A DNA stretch of 64,000 nt from an uncultured Phycisphaerales bacterium. Lineage in GTDB: Bacteria; Planctomycetota; Phycisphaerae; Tepidisphaerales; Tepidisphaeraceae. The position numbers and the translations under genes are program-made. The notes beneath the pieces were generated by a model. That model worked only from the letters and a program-made list of their open reading frames with translations, searched no databases and was not told where the DNA came from. Below, piece after piece: positions 1-9,714 of this stretch (positions within the stretch are counted from its first letter, which is position 1; every line of letters begins with the position of its first letter). Location: contig CAVWLP010000002.1 in the NCBI GenBank assembly GCA_963755915.1, positions 736,001 to 800,000 on the forward strand, given 5' to 3'.

Positions 1-178
1 GCATCGTCACCCCCTTTACATTCGCCGCCGAGCTGGCGCTTTCGGAGGTCATGCACCGCGCGATCGAATTTGAGGCCGGGCACGCCGACGATTCCGGCCT
101 GCGGAGCGCCTCGCCGACCGGCTCCACGAAGCGCAACAAGACATTCAGCGGCGAATCGAATTCGGGAACCTGCAATGA
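1..178 (+). CDS. 3' end of probable sugar ABC substrate-binding protein (partial, frameshift near 110)
   Basis: Reads ...VTPFTFAAELALSEVMHRA.../...DRLHEAQQDIQRRIEFGNLQ*; stop TGA overlaps the ATG of the downstream permease (ATGA 175-178). Confidence 0.5.
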
Positions 179-1077
179 GCCGCGACCGCTGGTGGAAATT
201 CCAGGCGCGGGCCGCACCCTATCTCTTCGTCTCGCCGTTCGTGGTCATCTTCTGCGTCTTCATGCTCTATCCGCTGGCGCACAGCCTGGACCTGAGCTTC
301 CACAAAACCTTCGGCGCGGGGCACGCCATTTTCATCGGCGCCGGCAACTACCGCTTCCTTCTTGCCCACGACCTGCTCTTCTGGCTGGCCGTTCTGAACA
401 CCACGGCTTACACGCTCGTCTTCCTCGCAATCGAAATCCCGCTCTCGCTCGGCCTGGCGATATTGCTTAACAGCCGCGAAGTCCGCCTGCGTAATCTTTT
501 TCGCTTCGCGTTCTTCTCCAGCTACATCGTGGGACAGGTCTTCGTGGGGGTGATCTTCAATCAGCTCTTCGGCAACGAGGGCCTGGTGAACCGATGCATC
601 GGCGCCGTCGTCGGCCATCGCGTTGAAATCGGCTGGCTGACCAGCGCCAACCTCGCGATGCCGACCGTCGTCATCGCCAGCCTCTGGCTGGGCACGGGTT
701 TGGCGATGGTCTATTTTCTTGCTGCGCTTCAGGCGGTGGATCGCGATCTTTATGAAGCCGCCGAAATCGACGGGGCAGGCCGCTGGGGCAGGCTCGTCCA
801 CGTCACGCTGCCGGGAATCCGGCCGGTGATGACGTATCTGATCCTCATCGGCGTGATCGGCGGCTTTCAGCTTTTCGAATTACCATTCGTCTTGCTCCAG
901 GGCGCCGGCTCCGGTGGCCGGGGGCTGACCATCGTGATGTATCTGTTTCTCACAGGATTCGGCGGCGGAGATTTGGGATATGCCGCGGCGATCGGGTGGG
1001 TATTGGCTGTTATCCTCGTCCTTGTCACCATCGCGCGTGTGCCAGTTGGATTCCTGCGAAAGCCGAGGCGGGCATGA
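175..1077 (+). CDS. Carbohydrate ABC transporter permease (MalF/UgpA-like)
   Basis: EAA loop LYEAAEIDGAGRW, multiple TM helices, APYLFVSP start. Confidence 0.92.
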   Translation: MSRDRWWKFQARAAPYLFVSPFVVIFCVFMLYPLAHSLDLSFHKTFGAGHAIFIGAGNYRFLLAHDLLFWLAVLNTTAYTLVFLAIEIPLSLGLAILLNSREVRLRNLFRFAFFSSYIVGQVFVGVIFNQLFGNEGLVNRCIGAVVGHRVEIGWLTSANLAMPTVVIASLWLGTGLAMVYFLAALQAVDRDLYEAAEIDGAGRWGRLVHVTLPGIRPVMTYLILIGVIGGFQLFELPFVLLQGAGSGGRGLTIVMYLFLTGFGGGDLGYAAAIGWVLAVILVLVTIARVPVGFLRKPRRA

Positions 1078-1685
1078 TCTGCCGCAATTCCCTTACCGCC
1101 TCCCCTGGTTCTTCTGATGGTGCGACATGTTTTTGCCCTGGGCGCACATTCGCGCACGATAAAAGGCTGAATTCAAATGCAATGCAGGGAGGAGGCGAAA
1201 ACCCCACGAGATTAGTTGCATGGGCGCCCCAAGCGGTTTTCGCCTCCTCCCCGCACCCCTCCTCCACTTTCCGGCTTCCCCTAACCGTCCAATCCAAAAA
1301 AAGGCAAAAGACTGGGGCGTTTGTCGGGGCTGTCGCACTCGCTTTGCGAGCGATCGCGCATGCGCGCTACCCTGCACACGACTCAAAGAAGACGCGCAAC
1401 CCCGCGCAACTGCTTCGCTATTTTGCCTTTCGGCTTGGACGGTTAGGGGAAGCGGAAAGAGGGTGGAGGGGGTGCGGGGGAGGCGGGAGAAAAACCTTGG
1501 GGCCGTATGGGTTTGCTCCCGCCTCCCCTGCATTGCATTTGCATTTGAGGAGATCGCTAAGTTGTATCCAGATTAGAAAAATACCGGGCCGTCGGCCACG
1601 TATTCCGAGAGTAGCCTTCGCGGAAGCCCTCCGGAACTTTTCGGCCCACCCGCGCTTGCCCTGGGGGCCCCGATGATCCGCCGTA
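1074..1685. mobile_element. Non-coding inserted element of about 600 bp with inverted structured arms (copy A)
   Basis: Arms 1174-1309 (+) and 1421-1547 (-) are imperfect inverted copies; flanked by ATGATCTGCCGCA (1074) and ATGATCCGCCGTA (1673); homologous to 11277-11640. Confidence 0.7.
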
Positions 1686-2491
1686 CGGCAATCCATCTCG
1701 TGCTTATCCTCCTGGCTTTGGCGGCAATATTCCCATTTTTGTGGGTCCTCTGCGCCGCCTTCAAAACGCCGGCGGATCTCACCGCAAGCACGCTGCTCCC
1801 GTGGGGTCACCTGAATCACCTCACCCTCGACAACTTCCGCCGGCTTGGCGAATTTCCGCTCTGGCGGTGGGAAATCAATTCGATTTTTTTGGCGTCCACT
1901 CACACCGTTTTCGTCGTCACGCTTGGCAGCCTCGGCGGATTCACGCTTGCCAAATACGAGTTCGCCGGAAAAACATTTCTGACCGCCATCATGCTGGCCA
2001 CGCTCCTTCTTCCGCCGCAGGTTTTTCTGCCCGGCAGTTACGATCTGATGTATCGCTTCGGCTGGCTCGATTCGTACCTGGCGATCGTCGTCCCCGGCGC
2101 CGTCAGCGTCTTCGGCATTTTTCTCTTCCGGCAGGCCATGCTCGGCGTGCCTGACGACCTGGTCCACAGCGCCCGAATCGACGGCTGCAGCGAATTCCGC
2201 ATCTGGTGGGAAATCGCCCTGCCGATGGTTCGGCCCATGATCGGGGCATATACGTTGATGGCATTCCTCGCCGAGTGGAACAGTTTTCTCTGGCCGCAGG
2301 TCGTGCTGCAGAGGGAGGCGAAATACACTCTTACCATGGGCCTGAACAGCCTTTTGGGTTTGCCGGAATATCAGTTCAGCTACGGAATCGTGATGGCGGC
2401 GACCCTGATTGCCGTCGCTCCGGTGGCAATTTTATTTTTTGCATTGCAAGGGGAGTTTGTGTCCGGATTGGTCGAAGGGGCGGGGAAGTGA
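1673..2491 (+). CDS. Carbohydrate ABC transporter permease (MalG/UgpE-like)
   Basis: PDDLVHSARIDGCSEFRIWW EAA-type motif, WNSFLWP. Confidence 0.92.
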   Translation: MIRRTAIHLVLILLALAAIFPFLWVLCAAFKTPADLTASTLLPWGHLNHLTLDNFRRLGEFPLWRWEINSIFLASTHTVFVVTLGSLGGFTLAKYEFAGKTFLTAIMLATLLLPPQVFLPGSYDLMYRFGWLDSYLAIVVPGAVSVFGIFLFRQAMLGVPDDLVHSARIDGCSEFRIWWEIALPMVRPMIGAYTLMAFLAEWNSFLWPQVVLQREAKYTLTMGLNSLLGLPEYQFSYGIVMAATLIAVAPVAILFFALQGEFVSGLVEGAGK

Positions 2492-2507
2492 AAGCGAGCG
2501 TTCGCTG

Positions 2508-4514
2508 ATGCAGCCGGCTATCGACCAGTGGCGCCTGTTGTGGGCCGCGATCCTGGTCGCGGCGCCGTTGATCGCGGGATATCGAGTGGCCAAACGGCTT
2601 GAGCGTCCACCGGCGGCAATCGCGGATGCGATCCTGATTGCATATCTCGTGCAATATGTGACCGTCGGGTTGGCGGGGCTCTTGGGAATTCTCATCCCGC
2701 TTTTCCTGACAGTAATTGCGTTGGTGATTTGCGCCGCTCTTTGGATTTCCGCGGGATTCATCGCGCCGCAGGCAAACGCTTCTCCAATCCCGAGTTCGGA
2801 TCGGCGATGGGTTCTGTTTGCCGGCCTGTTCGCCATCGGCTTCCTGGCCGCGCTGATTTACTGCGAGAAACTTAATCCGCCTATGGCCACGGATGCGCTG
2901 GTTTATCATCTTCCCGCCGCGGTGCTCTGGCTGCAAAAGAAACGAATCACTCTTTTTCAAACCTGGTTTTTCAATCCTGCCAACACCTATTCACCTCTGG
3001 CCGGCTCGGTTTTTATCGCCTGGCTGCTGGCGCCGCTTGGGAACGACGCTCTGGCGCGGTTCGTGCAGGTGGGGCCTTGGGTTCTGATCCTGATTTCCAT
3101 CATCGAGATTGCCAGCAGTGCCGGCGCATCGCTTCCAGCCGCTGCGCTGGCCGCTCTGGCGGCAGTGCTGGCGCGGCCCTTCATCGGTGAAGCCGTCATC
3201 CCCAAGGACGATCTCTTCGTCGCCGCCTTCTTTCTGGCCGCCGTGGCTGCACTTGCCCGCGATCGCATGGCCTCCAGGTTTGGTTGGCTTCGCCTCGGAA
3301 TCGCCGTCGGCCTGATGCTGGCCACCAAGTACACCGCCCTGATGACCGCGCCGATTCTGCTTCTCGCCGCCGATGCCCCGCGCCGCGCCGGGTGGCGCTG
3401 GCGGCAGTGGGCCGGCGCGATCCTTGCCGTCGCGCTTCTGGTCGGGCCGTGGTATTTGCGAAACCTGCTGGAGTGGGGAAATCCGCTGTTTCCGGTCAAA
3501 TTCGATTTGGTGGGAATTCGATTGCCGGGATTGATCGCAAGAGTCGAAGTTCCGGAATTGAAATCAGCCGCGGGCATTTGGAACGTGCTGACTGGCGGAT
3601 ATTACGGCCTCCCGGCGATTCTCTTTTCGTTCCTCCTGGTAGCCTGGCTCCTGAGCGTCATCCGCCTCCGCCGCAATCTCCGGCGCGATCCGCTCCAGAG
3701 ATTGGTGGTCCTGGGCCCAATCCTGGGGCTGCTCGTCTTTGGATTTTGCTCGCCCCAGCCGGAGGTTCGATTCGTGCTCCCTTCGCTGGCACTTTTGTTC
3801 GTCCTCTGCGGCATGGCTGCAGGTCGGAAATGGGACATCGCGATCAGCGGCGCCGCTCTGCTAATGGCGATCGCCACGAGTTTCTCATCCGCCAACGCCG
3901 GGCAGATCGCCACATTTTCCCTTTGGGCAATCGTGACCGGGCTGATTGGAATTCTCATCTGCTGGCTCGAAGCCGACCCTCTGCGATTGCGGCGTCCGAT
4001 TCTGAGCAGCATCGCAATCGCGGCCTTTCTGGCAATCGTCGTCAGTGAATGGAACGACTATTTGCATGAATATCGAACCGCCAGGATGGACATCTGGAAA
4101 TCGGTCTATCCAACTCAGGCCGCGGCGTGGGATTTCGTCGACAAAAATTTGCCTGCGACGGCGAACATCGCCTATTCCAATCAGTTCATGATTTATCCGC
4201 TGTATGGTTTTGAAGCCCGGCGAAACGTGATTTACGTACCGGTTCGCGCCGGGGCGTCGGTAAGCAATCTGGCATTCCCCGGGCGGATTTCCGATGCCGA
4301 GCTGAATCTCGCCGCCGCCCGCGCAGCCAACGCGCCGTCAAGCGAGTCCGACTGGCTGAATAACCTGCGTGCCAGCGGCGCCGAATTTTTCATTGTCGGC
4401 CTGGGAGATGGTGCGCCCGAGGTCCGCTGGGCCGATACAGATTTGGCCGATTTCAGTCGGGTTTTCATCAATTCAGATATCGCGATTTATCGCCTTTACC
4501 CCCGCCCCCGGTAA
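2508..4514 (+). CDS. Polytopic membrane protein, GT-C-fold glycosyltransferase-like
   Basis: Many TM segments, DALVYHLP loop motif, ATKYT, PWYLRN..GNPLFP, soluble C-terminal domain. Confidence 0.6.
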   Translation: MQPAIDQWRLLWAAILVAAPLIAGYRVAKRLERPPAAIADAILIAYLVQYVTVGLAGLLGILIPLFLTVIALVICAALWISAGFIAPQANASPIPSSDRRWVLFAGLFAIGFLAALIYCEKLNPPMATDALVYHLPAAVLWLQKKRITLFQTWFFNPANTYSPLAGSVFIAWLLAPLGNDALARFVQVGPWVLILISIIEIASSAGASLPAAALAALAAVLARPFIGEAVIPKDDLFVAAFFLAAVAALARDRMASRFGWLRLGIAVGLMLATKYTALMTAPILLLAADAPRRAGWRWRQWAGAILAVALLVGPWYLRNLLEWGNPLFPVKFDLVGIRLPGLIARVEVPELKSAAGIWNVLTGGYYGLPAILFSFLLVAWLLSVIRLRRNLRRDPLQRLVVLGPILGLLVFGFCSPQPEVRFVLPSLALLFVLCGMAAGRKWDIAISGAALLMAIATSFSSANAGQIATFSLWAIVTGLIGILICWLEADPLRLRRPILSSIAIAAFLAIVVSEWNDYLHEYRTARMDIWKSVYPTQAAAWDFVDKNLPATANIAYSNQFMIYPLYGFEARRNVIYVPVRAGASVSNLAFPGRISDAELNLAAARAANAPSSESDWLNNLRASGAEFFIVGLGDGAPEVRWADTDLADFSRVFINSDIAIYRLYPRPR

Positions 4515-4536
4515 TCCGGTCTTCGGCTCTGAGGCT

Positions 4537-5893
4537 TGTATAGACCGGAGACATGGGTAACAGGTCTCTCAGGACATAGGTAACACATTTCATTTTGGGT
4601 ATCACGGCCAAAAAGGAGGCCGATGCCCTGGAAGGAATGTGTGACGAACGAAGTTCGCGGTGAGTTTGTGCAACTGGCTATGCGGGCGGATGCTAACCTG
4701 GCAGCGCTTTGCCGACGGTTCGGAATCAGCCGGCGCTGTGGTTACAAATGGCTCCGGCGTTATCGTGCCGAGGGTCAGGCGGGATTGTTGGATCGTTCGC
4801 GTCGCCCGCACGCCAGTCCCGCACAGGTGGACGGCCGGATGAGGCAGGCGGTTGTGAGGCTTCGCATGAAGCATCCGGTGTGGGGAGGCCGCAAGCTGAG
4901 GAAGCTGCTGGAGAATCAGGGTCGGGATCCGGCGACGTTGCCTGCGGTGAGCACGATCGGGCGTATTTTATTTCGCGGTGGACTGATCGATCCGGCTCGA
5001 TCATCACAGCACCGGGCGTTTCAACGCTTTGAGCACGATCAGCCCAATGACCTTTGGCAGATGGACTTCAAGGGACATTTCGCCTTGGGCAACGGGCGGC
5101 GTTGCCATGCCCTGACGGTGCTGGATGATCACTCACGTTATTGTCTTTGCCTGCAGGCATGCACGGGTGAGACCGAGCAGGATGTGAAGCCCGCATTGGT
5201 GCGACTATTCCAGCAAAATGGCCTGCCGCTGAGGATTTTGTGCGACAACGGTCCTCCGTGGGGCACCTGGCATGGGCAGGAACGGCAAGGGTACACGCGT
5301 TTGGGTCTGTGGCTGTTGCGTCAGAACGTGGGAGTATGTCACGGCCGTCCGCGTCACCCGCAAACACAAGGCAAGGACGAGCGTCTGCATCGAACGCTTA
5401 AAGAGGAGCTGCTGATGCGTCAGCCGCTGGCCAATATGGCTGATGCCCAGAAGCATTTCGACCCCTGGCGTGAGCAGTACAATTGCGTGCGTCCCCACGA
5501 GGCGTTGGGTCTGGCGGTTCCGGCCAGCCGCTACGGCAAAAGTCCTCGGGCTTACGAGCCTGATCTCAAGGTGGAGTACCTTGCCGGTGACCAGGTGAGA
5601 AAGGTGGATCGCAATGGGCTGTTCGCCTTCCGGAGCATCGAGTGGCGTTTGGGCATTGCCTTTGCGGGCGAGACGGTAGCGATTCGGTTGACCGCGGCGG
5701 ATGGAATAATGGCCGTGGTCTATGCCAGACAAACAGTGGCGGGCGTCAATCTGAAGGAAATCAGCCGAGGCCGTCGGCGAGTTGTGTGCTGTGCCGAGCC
5801 TCCGGTCGCTGCGCTCCCTCCGGCTCGGCACAGCACACAAAAAGTGTTACCTATGTCCTGAGAGAGGTGTTATCTATGTCCTGGAACAAAACA
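4537..5893 (+). mobile_element. IS481-family insertion sequence (1357 bp)
   Basis: TGT...ACA ends; imperfect terminal inverted repeats, each with two GACATRGRTAACA motifs; single transposase. Confidence 0.92.
4623..5861 (+). CDS. IS481-family DDE transposase
   Basis: MPWKE start, HTH, WQMDFKG, LDDHSRY, DNGPPW, PQTQGKDER rve core. Confidence 0.95.
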   Translation: MPWKECVTNEVRGEFVQLAMRADANLAALCRRFGISRRCGYKWLRRYRAEGQAGLLDRSRRPHASPAQVDGRMRQAVVRLRMKHPVWGGRKLRKLLENQGRDPATLPAVSTIGRILFRGGLIDPARSSQHRAFQRFEHDQPNDLWQMDFKGHFALGNGRRCHALTVLDDHSRYCLCLQACTGETEQDVKPALVRLFQQNGLPLRILCDNGPPWGTWHGQERQGYTRLGLWLLRQNVGVCHGRPRHPQTQGKDERLHRTLKEELLMRQPLANMADAQKHFDPWREQYNCVRPHEALGLAVPASRYGKSPRAYEPDLKVEYLAGDQVRKVDRNGLFAFRSIEWRLGIAFAGETVAIRLTAADGIMAVVYARQTVAGVNLKEISRGRRRVVCCAEPPVAALPPARHSTQKVLPMS

Positions 5894-5974
5894 AGCCTCA
5901 GGGTCGAAGAGGGGAGGGTTGGGGAGGGGGTTTCGCCGTCGGGTAACATTCGCCATTGATTGGACCTGAACCGG

Positions 5975-7375
5975 ATGGATGAAACTGAGGAAAACCATCT
6001 CAAAACTCCCTCGCTCCTGCGCGGCCTGATCTGCCTCGCCGCCGCGGGCGCAATCTTCGCTGCAATCTGGGCTCATCGCTTTGGTCTGAACGGAACCGAA
6101 TATCACCGATGGATCTGGCGCGAAGCCCCAGGCGGGTGGCGATATCTATTGTTCGCGGGCCTGAGTCTCCCCTTCTTCGTGGCCCAGCGCCTGATCCGCC
6201 GGCGACCGCAGCGCAGCGCCCCAGCCCTCGCTCTGATGATGCTCGCCAGCGCAAGCCTCATGGGCGCGATGATCATCGTCCAGCGGCAGCCCGCCTCCCT
6301 CGGCGGAATTAGCCGCGTCATCGAAAGCCCGATCCATTTTGGATACTTTTATGACGCCCAGCGACTCCTCGAAAGAGGAATCTCACCGGCCCAGACGCTG
6401 GCCGACTATCCGCGGCTTTGTGGCGCCTTCAGCCTGCACCCGCGAATCAAGCCGCCCGGGCCGATCCTGCTCAACTCACTGGTGATAAGCCTCTTCGGCC
6501 CCGAAAGAACCGGCGAGCTGGCGATTGCAATCCTGATCGGCCTCTGCTCCGCCGCTTCAATTCCAGCCGTTTATTTTTTCGTCAAAGAATTCACAGGCCA
6601 GTGCGAATCAGGCCTTGCGGCCGCGAGCTATTTCGCCCTTTGCCCAGCGCTGGTGCTGATGTTCCCGCAGTTTGATCAATGCTATGCCGTGTTCACCGCG
6701 GGCTTGGCGATCGTCTGGAGGCGCGCACTGGCAAGAAACTCGGCATACCTCGCCGGGCAGTTTGGATTGATCTTCGCGTTGACCCTGCTCTTCACCTATC
6801 TCCCGGCGGTGCTGGTGATATTTTTCGCAGGATACGCGCTGATGCTGCGATCCGAAGGCAAAGCAACCTGCCGTGACATCGCCCGCCTGACCTTCGTCGC
6901 GGTTATCTGTTTTGGGGCCTTCTACGCGCTGCTGTGGCTGGCGACGGGCTTCAATCCTATCGGCAGTTTCCGCGCCTGCTGGCTGAATCAGGCCCAGAAC
7001 ATGCGGCTCATGAAATCGCTCGGATACGTTCCGCGCCTATGGCCGGGAACCGTTCCCGGAGATTTCAAGGATTTTGCCCTGGGGTCGGGTTGGATGTCGT
7101 ACCTGATCGCGGCAATGTTCTTCGTGCCGATAGAACGGGTCCGGCGGAGGGTACGGCTTTGGGGTGAGCTGTGCCTTGGGCAGATCATGATCGTGGGCGT
7201 GTTGGGCTTGATCCGCTGCGAGACGGCGCGGGTTTGGATATTTATGTTGCCGCTCCTGATGCTGCCGGTCGGCGTGGAGCTGGCGCGATGGAAGTTTGCC
7301 TGGCGGATGGCGGTTTACGCGGCCCTGCTGGCGCTGACCATCGCCAGTTGGCATTCCATGACATTTTTCCGGTGA
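5975..7375 (+). CDS. Polytopic membrane protein, GT-C-like (mannosyltransferase-like)
   Basis: Many TM helices, SLHPRIKPPGP loop, PQFDQ, ETARVWIF motifs. Confidence 0.55.
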   Translation: MDETEENHLKTPSLLRGLICLAAAGAIFAAIWAHRFGLNGTEYHRWIWREAPGGWRYLLFAGLSLPFFVAQRLIRRRPQRSAPALALMMLASASLMGAMIIVQRQPASLGGISRVIESPIHFGYFYDAQRLLERGISPAQTLADYPRLCGAFSLHPRIKPPGPILLNSLVISLFGPERTGELAIAILIGLCSAASIPAVYFFVKEFTGQCESGLAAASYFALCPALVLMFPQFDQCYAVFTAGLAIVWRRALARNSAYLAGQFGLIFALTLLFTYLPAVLVIFFAGYALMLRSEGKATCRDIARLTFVAVICFGAFYALLWLATGFNPIGSFRACWLNQAQNMRLMKSLGYVPRLWPGTVPGDFKDFALGSGWMSYLIAAMFFVPIERVRRRVRLWGELCLGQIMIVGVLGLIRCETARVWIFMLPLLMLPVGVELARWKFAWRMAVYAALLALTIASWHSMTFFR

Positions 7376-7447
7376 AAATCGGTGGAAACGTCCGGTTACG
7401 ACGGGCATCTTGAACAATCCCCGGCGATTCGGGACGATGGGTGAGGA

Positions 7448-8821
7448 TTGAAGTATCTCTCGCGAGCTATTTTCATATTCATGGCGGCGGGGGCGCTGTG
7501 GGTTGTCTTTTCCACGCCAAAGACGCCGGTTCCCAAAGACAGAGAAAACGACACCATCGTCCAGTACTGGGAGAAGTGGACCGGCGTTGAAGAAATCTCC
7601 ATGCAGCAGATCGTGGACGACTTCAACAACACTGTCGGCAAAGAGAAACATATCTACGTGCAGATGCTCTCGATGAGCGACATCGACCAGAAAACGCTGG
7701 TGGCCACCGCCGCCGGCGTGCCGCCGGATGTGGCCGGCCTCTGGGACCCCACCATCGTACAACTCGGCACGCTGGGCGCGCTTCAGCCGCTGGAGGACAT
7801 GGCGAAGCAATATGGGATCACCGAGGGGTATTACAAGCCCATCTACTGGGAGGGGTGCCACAACAATGGGCATCTGTATGCCCTGATCAGCACGCCGGCG
7901 GCCGTGGCGCTGATCTATAACACGAAGATGTTTGCCGAGAACGCCGACAAGCTTCGCGCTGCCGGTCTCGATCCGACGCGCCCGCCGCAAACCTTGCAGG
8001 AGCTGGATCGTTATGCCGACGCGCTGAACACGTTTCGAGTGGGCAACGACGGAAGGGAACACCTGGATCGGGCCGGATATCTGCCCATGGTGCCGGGCTG
8101 GTACGTCGTGAATACGCCCTACTGGTTCGGAGGGGATGAGTGGGACGAGACAACGCAGAAGTTCACGCTCACCTCGCCGCCGGTAATCGCAGCTTTCAAG
8201 TGGATTCAGAGCTATTCCCTGAAATACGGCAAAGACGCGGTGACCGAATTCCAGACCGCCCAGGGCTCCTTCAATTCGCCTCAGAATGAATTCATCGCCC
8301 AGACCGTGGCGATGGAACAGCAGGGCCCGTGGATGGCGAATTTTATTCACGCCTGGCGGCCATCGATGGACCACGACTGGGCGGCCGCGCCATTCCCATC
8401 GGCCGTGGGGCAGCCGATGGTGACGTACACTTCTTTCGACACTCTCTCGATTCCCGTCGGCGCCAAGCACCCGAAAGAGGCGTTCGAATTCATCGCCTAC
8501 GTCAACCGCCAGGACGTGATGGAGAAGCTCTGCATGATGCACTGCAAGAACTCCCCGCTGACGAAGGTGAGCGATTATTTCCTCACCCACCATCCCAATC
8601 CGTATATCAAGGTCTTTGAGGATCTGGCGTCCAGCCCCAACGCGCACCTGACGATGCAATGCCCGATTGCGCCACAAGCCGGCGCCGACCTGTTGGCCGT
8701 CGCGCAAGGCGTCTCAACCCTGTCGATCGATCCCGAAACCGCGTTGCGCGATTTACAGGTCAGACTTCAGCGTGAGTACGACGATTTTGCGGCGATCCAG
8801 CGGATAAGGCACCAGCAATAA
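7448..8821 (+). CDS. Sugar ABC transporter substrate-binding protein
   Basis: N-terminal hydrophobic anchor, AAGVPPDVA, ALIYNTKMF, GPWM; coupled to permeases. Confidence 0.9.
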   Translation: MKYLSRAIFIFMAAGALWVVFSTPKTPVPKDRENDTIVQYWEKWTGVEEISMQQIVDDFNNTVGKEKHIYVQMLSMSDIDQKTLVATAAGVPPDVAGLWDPTIVQLGTLGALQPLEDMAKQYGITEGYYKPIYWEGCHNNGHLYALISTPAAVALIYNTKMFAENADKLRAAGLDPTRPPQTLQELDRYADALNTFRVGNDGREHLDRAGYLPMVPGWYVVNTPYWFGGDEWDETTQKFTLTSPPVIAAFKWIQSYSLKYGKDAVTEFQTAQGSFNSPQNEFIAQTVAMEQQGPWMANFIHAWRPSMDHDWAAAPFPSAVGQPMVTYTSFDTLSIPVGAKHPKEAFEFIAYVNRQDVMEKLCMMHCKNSPLTKVSDYFLTHHPNPYIKVFEDLASSPNAHLTMQCPIAPQAGADLLAVAQGVSTLSIDPETALRDLQVRLQREYDDFAAIQRIRHQQ

Positions 8822-9714
8822 TGAACCGGACGGAGTCGAGGAATTTTCTCAAAGGGCTGGCGTTCATTTCGCCATGGATCATCGGCTTCAGCGTTTTCCT
8901 GCTGCTGCCCACCTGCCTTTCGCTCTATTACAGCTTTTGCGACTACAACCTGATCCAGCGGCCCGTCTTCGTCGGCCTGGCAAACTACCGCCTGCTGATG
9001 CACGACGTGGTCTTTTTCCAGGCCCTGAAGGTGACGCTTTACTACGCCGCCCTCGCCCTGCCGGCCGGATTGTTCGTATCCCTCGGCGTCGCGATCCTGC
9101 TGAACCGCAACGTCATCGGCCTGCCGATTTTCCGCACCCTGGTCTTTCTCCCGTCGCTGGTCCCCAACATCGCCGCCGCGATCTTGTGGAAATGGCTTTT
9201 CAACCAGAAGCTGGGGCTGATCAACGAGGCGCTCGACCCTCTTTGCCGAATACTGCACATCAGGGCCCCCGCCTGGATTGACGACCCCCACCTGGTGATC
9301 CCCTCCCTGGCGCTGATGAGCGTCTGGAGCGTCGGCAACACCGTGGTGATTTACCTCGCCGGCCTGCAGGACGTCCCGCGCGAGCTTTACGAAGCCGCCG
9401 AGCTCGACGGCGCCGGCGCCGCCCGCCGCCTCTGGAGCGTGACGATCCCGATGATCTCCCCGGTGATTTTCTTCAACCTCATCATGGCCATCATCGGCGT
9501 CCTCCAGATCTTCGATCTCCCCTTCATGATGACCCAGGGCGGCCCAAACCGCGCCAGCTATTTCTACACCTACTACCTCTACGACAACGCCTTCAGCTAT
9601 CTGAAAATGGGCTACGCCAGCGCCCTCGCCTGGATTCAGCTTCTGCTCGTGCTGGTGTTCACAGCCATCGCCTTCTGGTCGAGCAAACGCTGGGTCTACT
9701 ACCAGGGAAAATAA
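8821..9714 (+). CDS. Sugar ABC transporter permease
   Basis: LYEAAELDGAG EAA motif, FISPWIIGF. Confidence 0.93.
   Translation: MNRTESRNFLKGLAFISPWIIGFSVFLLLPTCLSLYYSFCDYNLIQRPVFVGLANYRLLMHDVVFFQALKVTLYYAALALPAGLFVSLGVAILLNRNVIGLPIFRTLVFLPSLVPNIAAAILWKWLFNQKLGLINEALDPLCRILHIRAPAWIDDPHLVIPSLALMSVWSVGNTVVIYLAGLQDVPRELYEAAELDGAGAARRLWSVTIPMISPVIFFNLIMAIIGVLQIFDLPFMMTQGGPNRASYFYTYYLYDNAFSYLKMGYASALAWIQLLLVLVFTAIAFWSSKRWVYYQGK

Noticed and set aside
996-1676. ORFs across the repeat element (226 aa, and similar ORFs at 11116-11859)
   Set aside because: Translations of palindromic repeats with no protein motifs; peptides shared between loci simply reflect the DNA repeat.
7037-8707. Long antisense ORFs (also 13756-15453, 35687-37120, 45717-47156, 54799-56358)
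   Set aside because: Shadow frames of well-supported genes in high-GC DNA.
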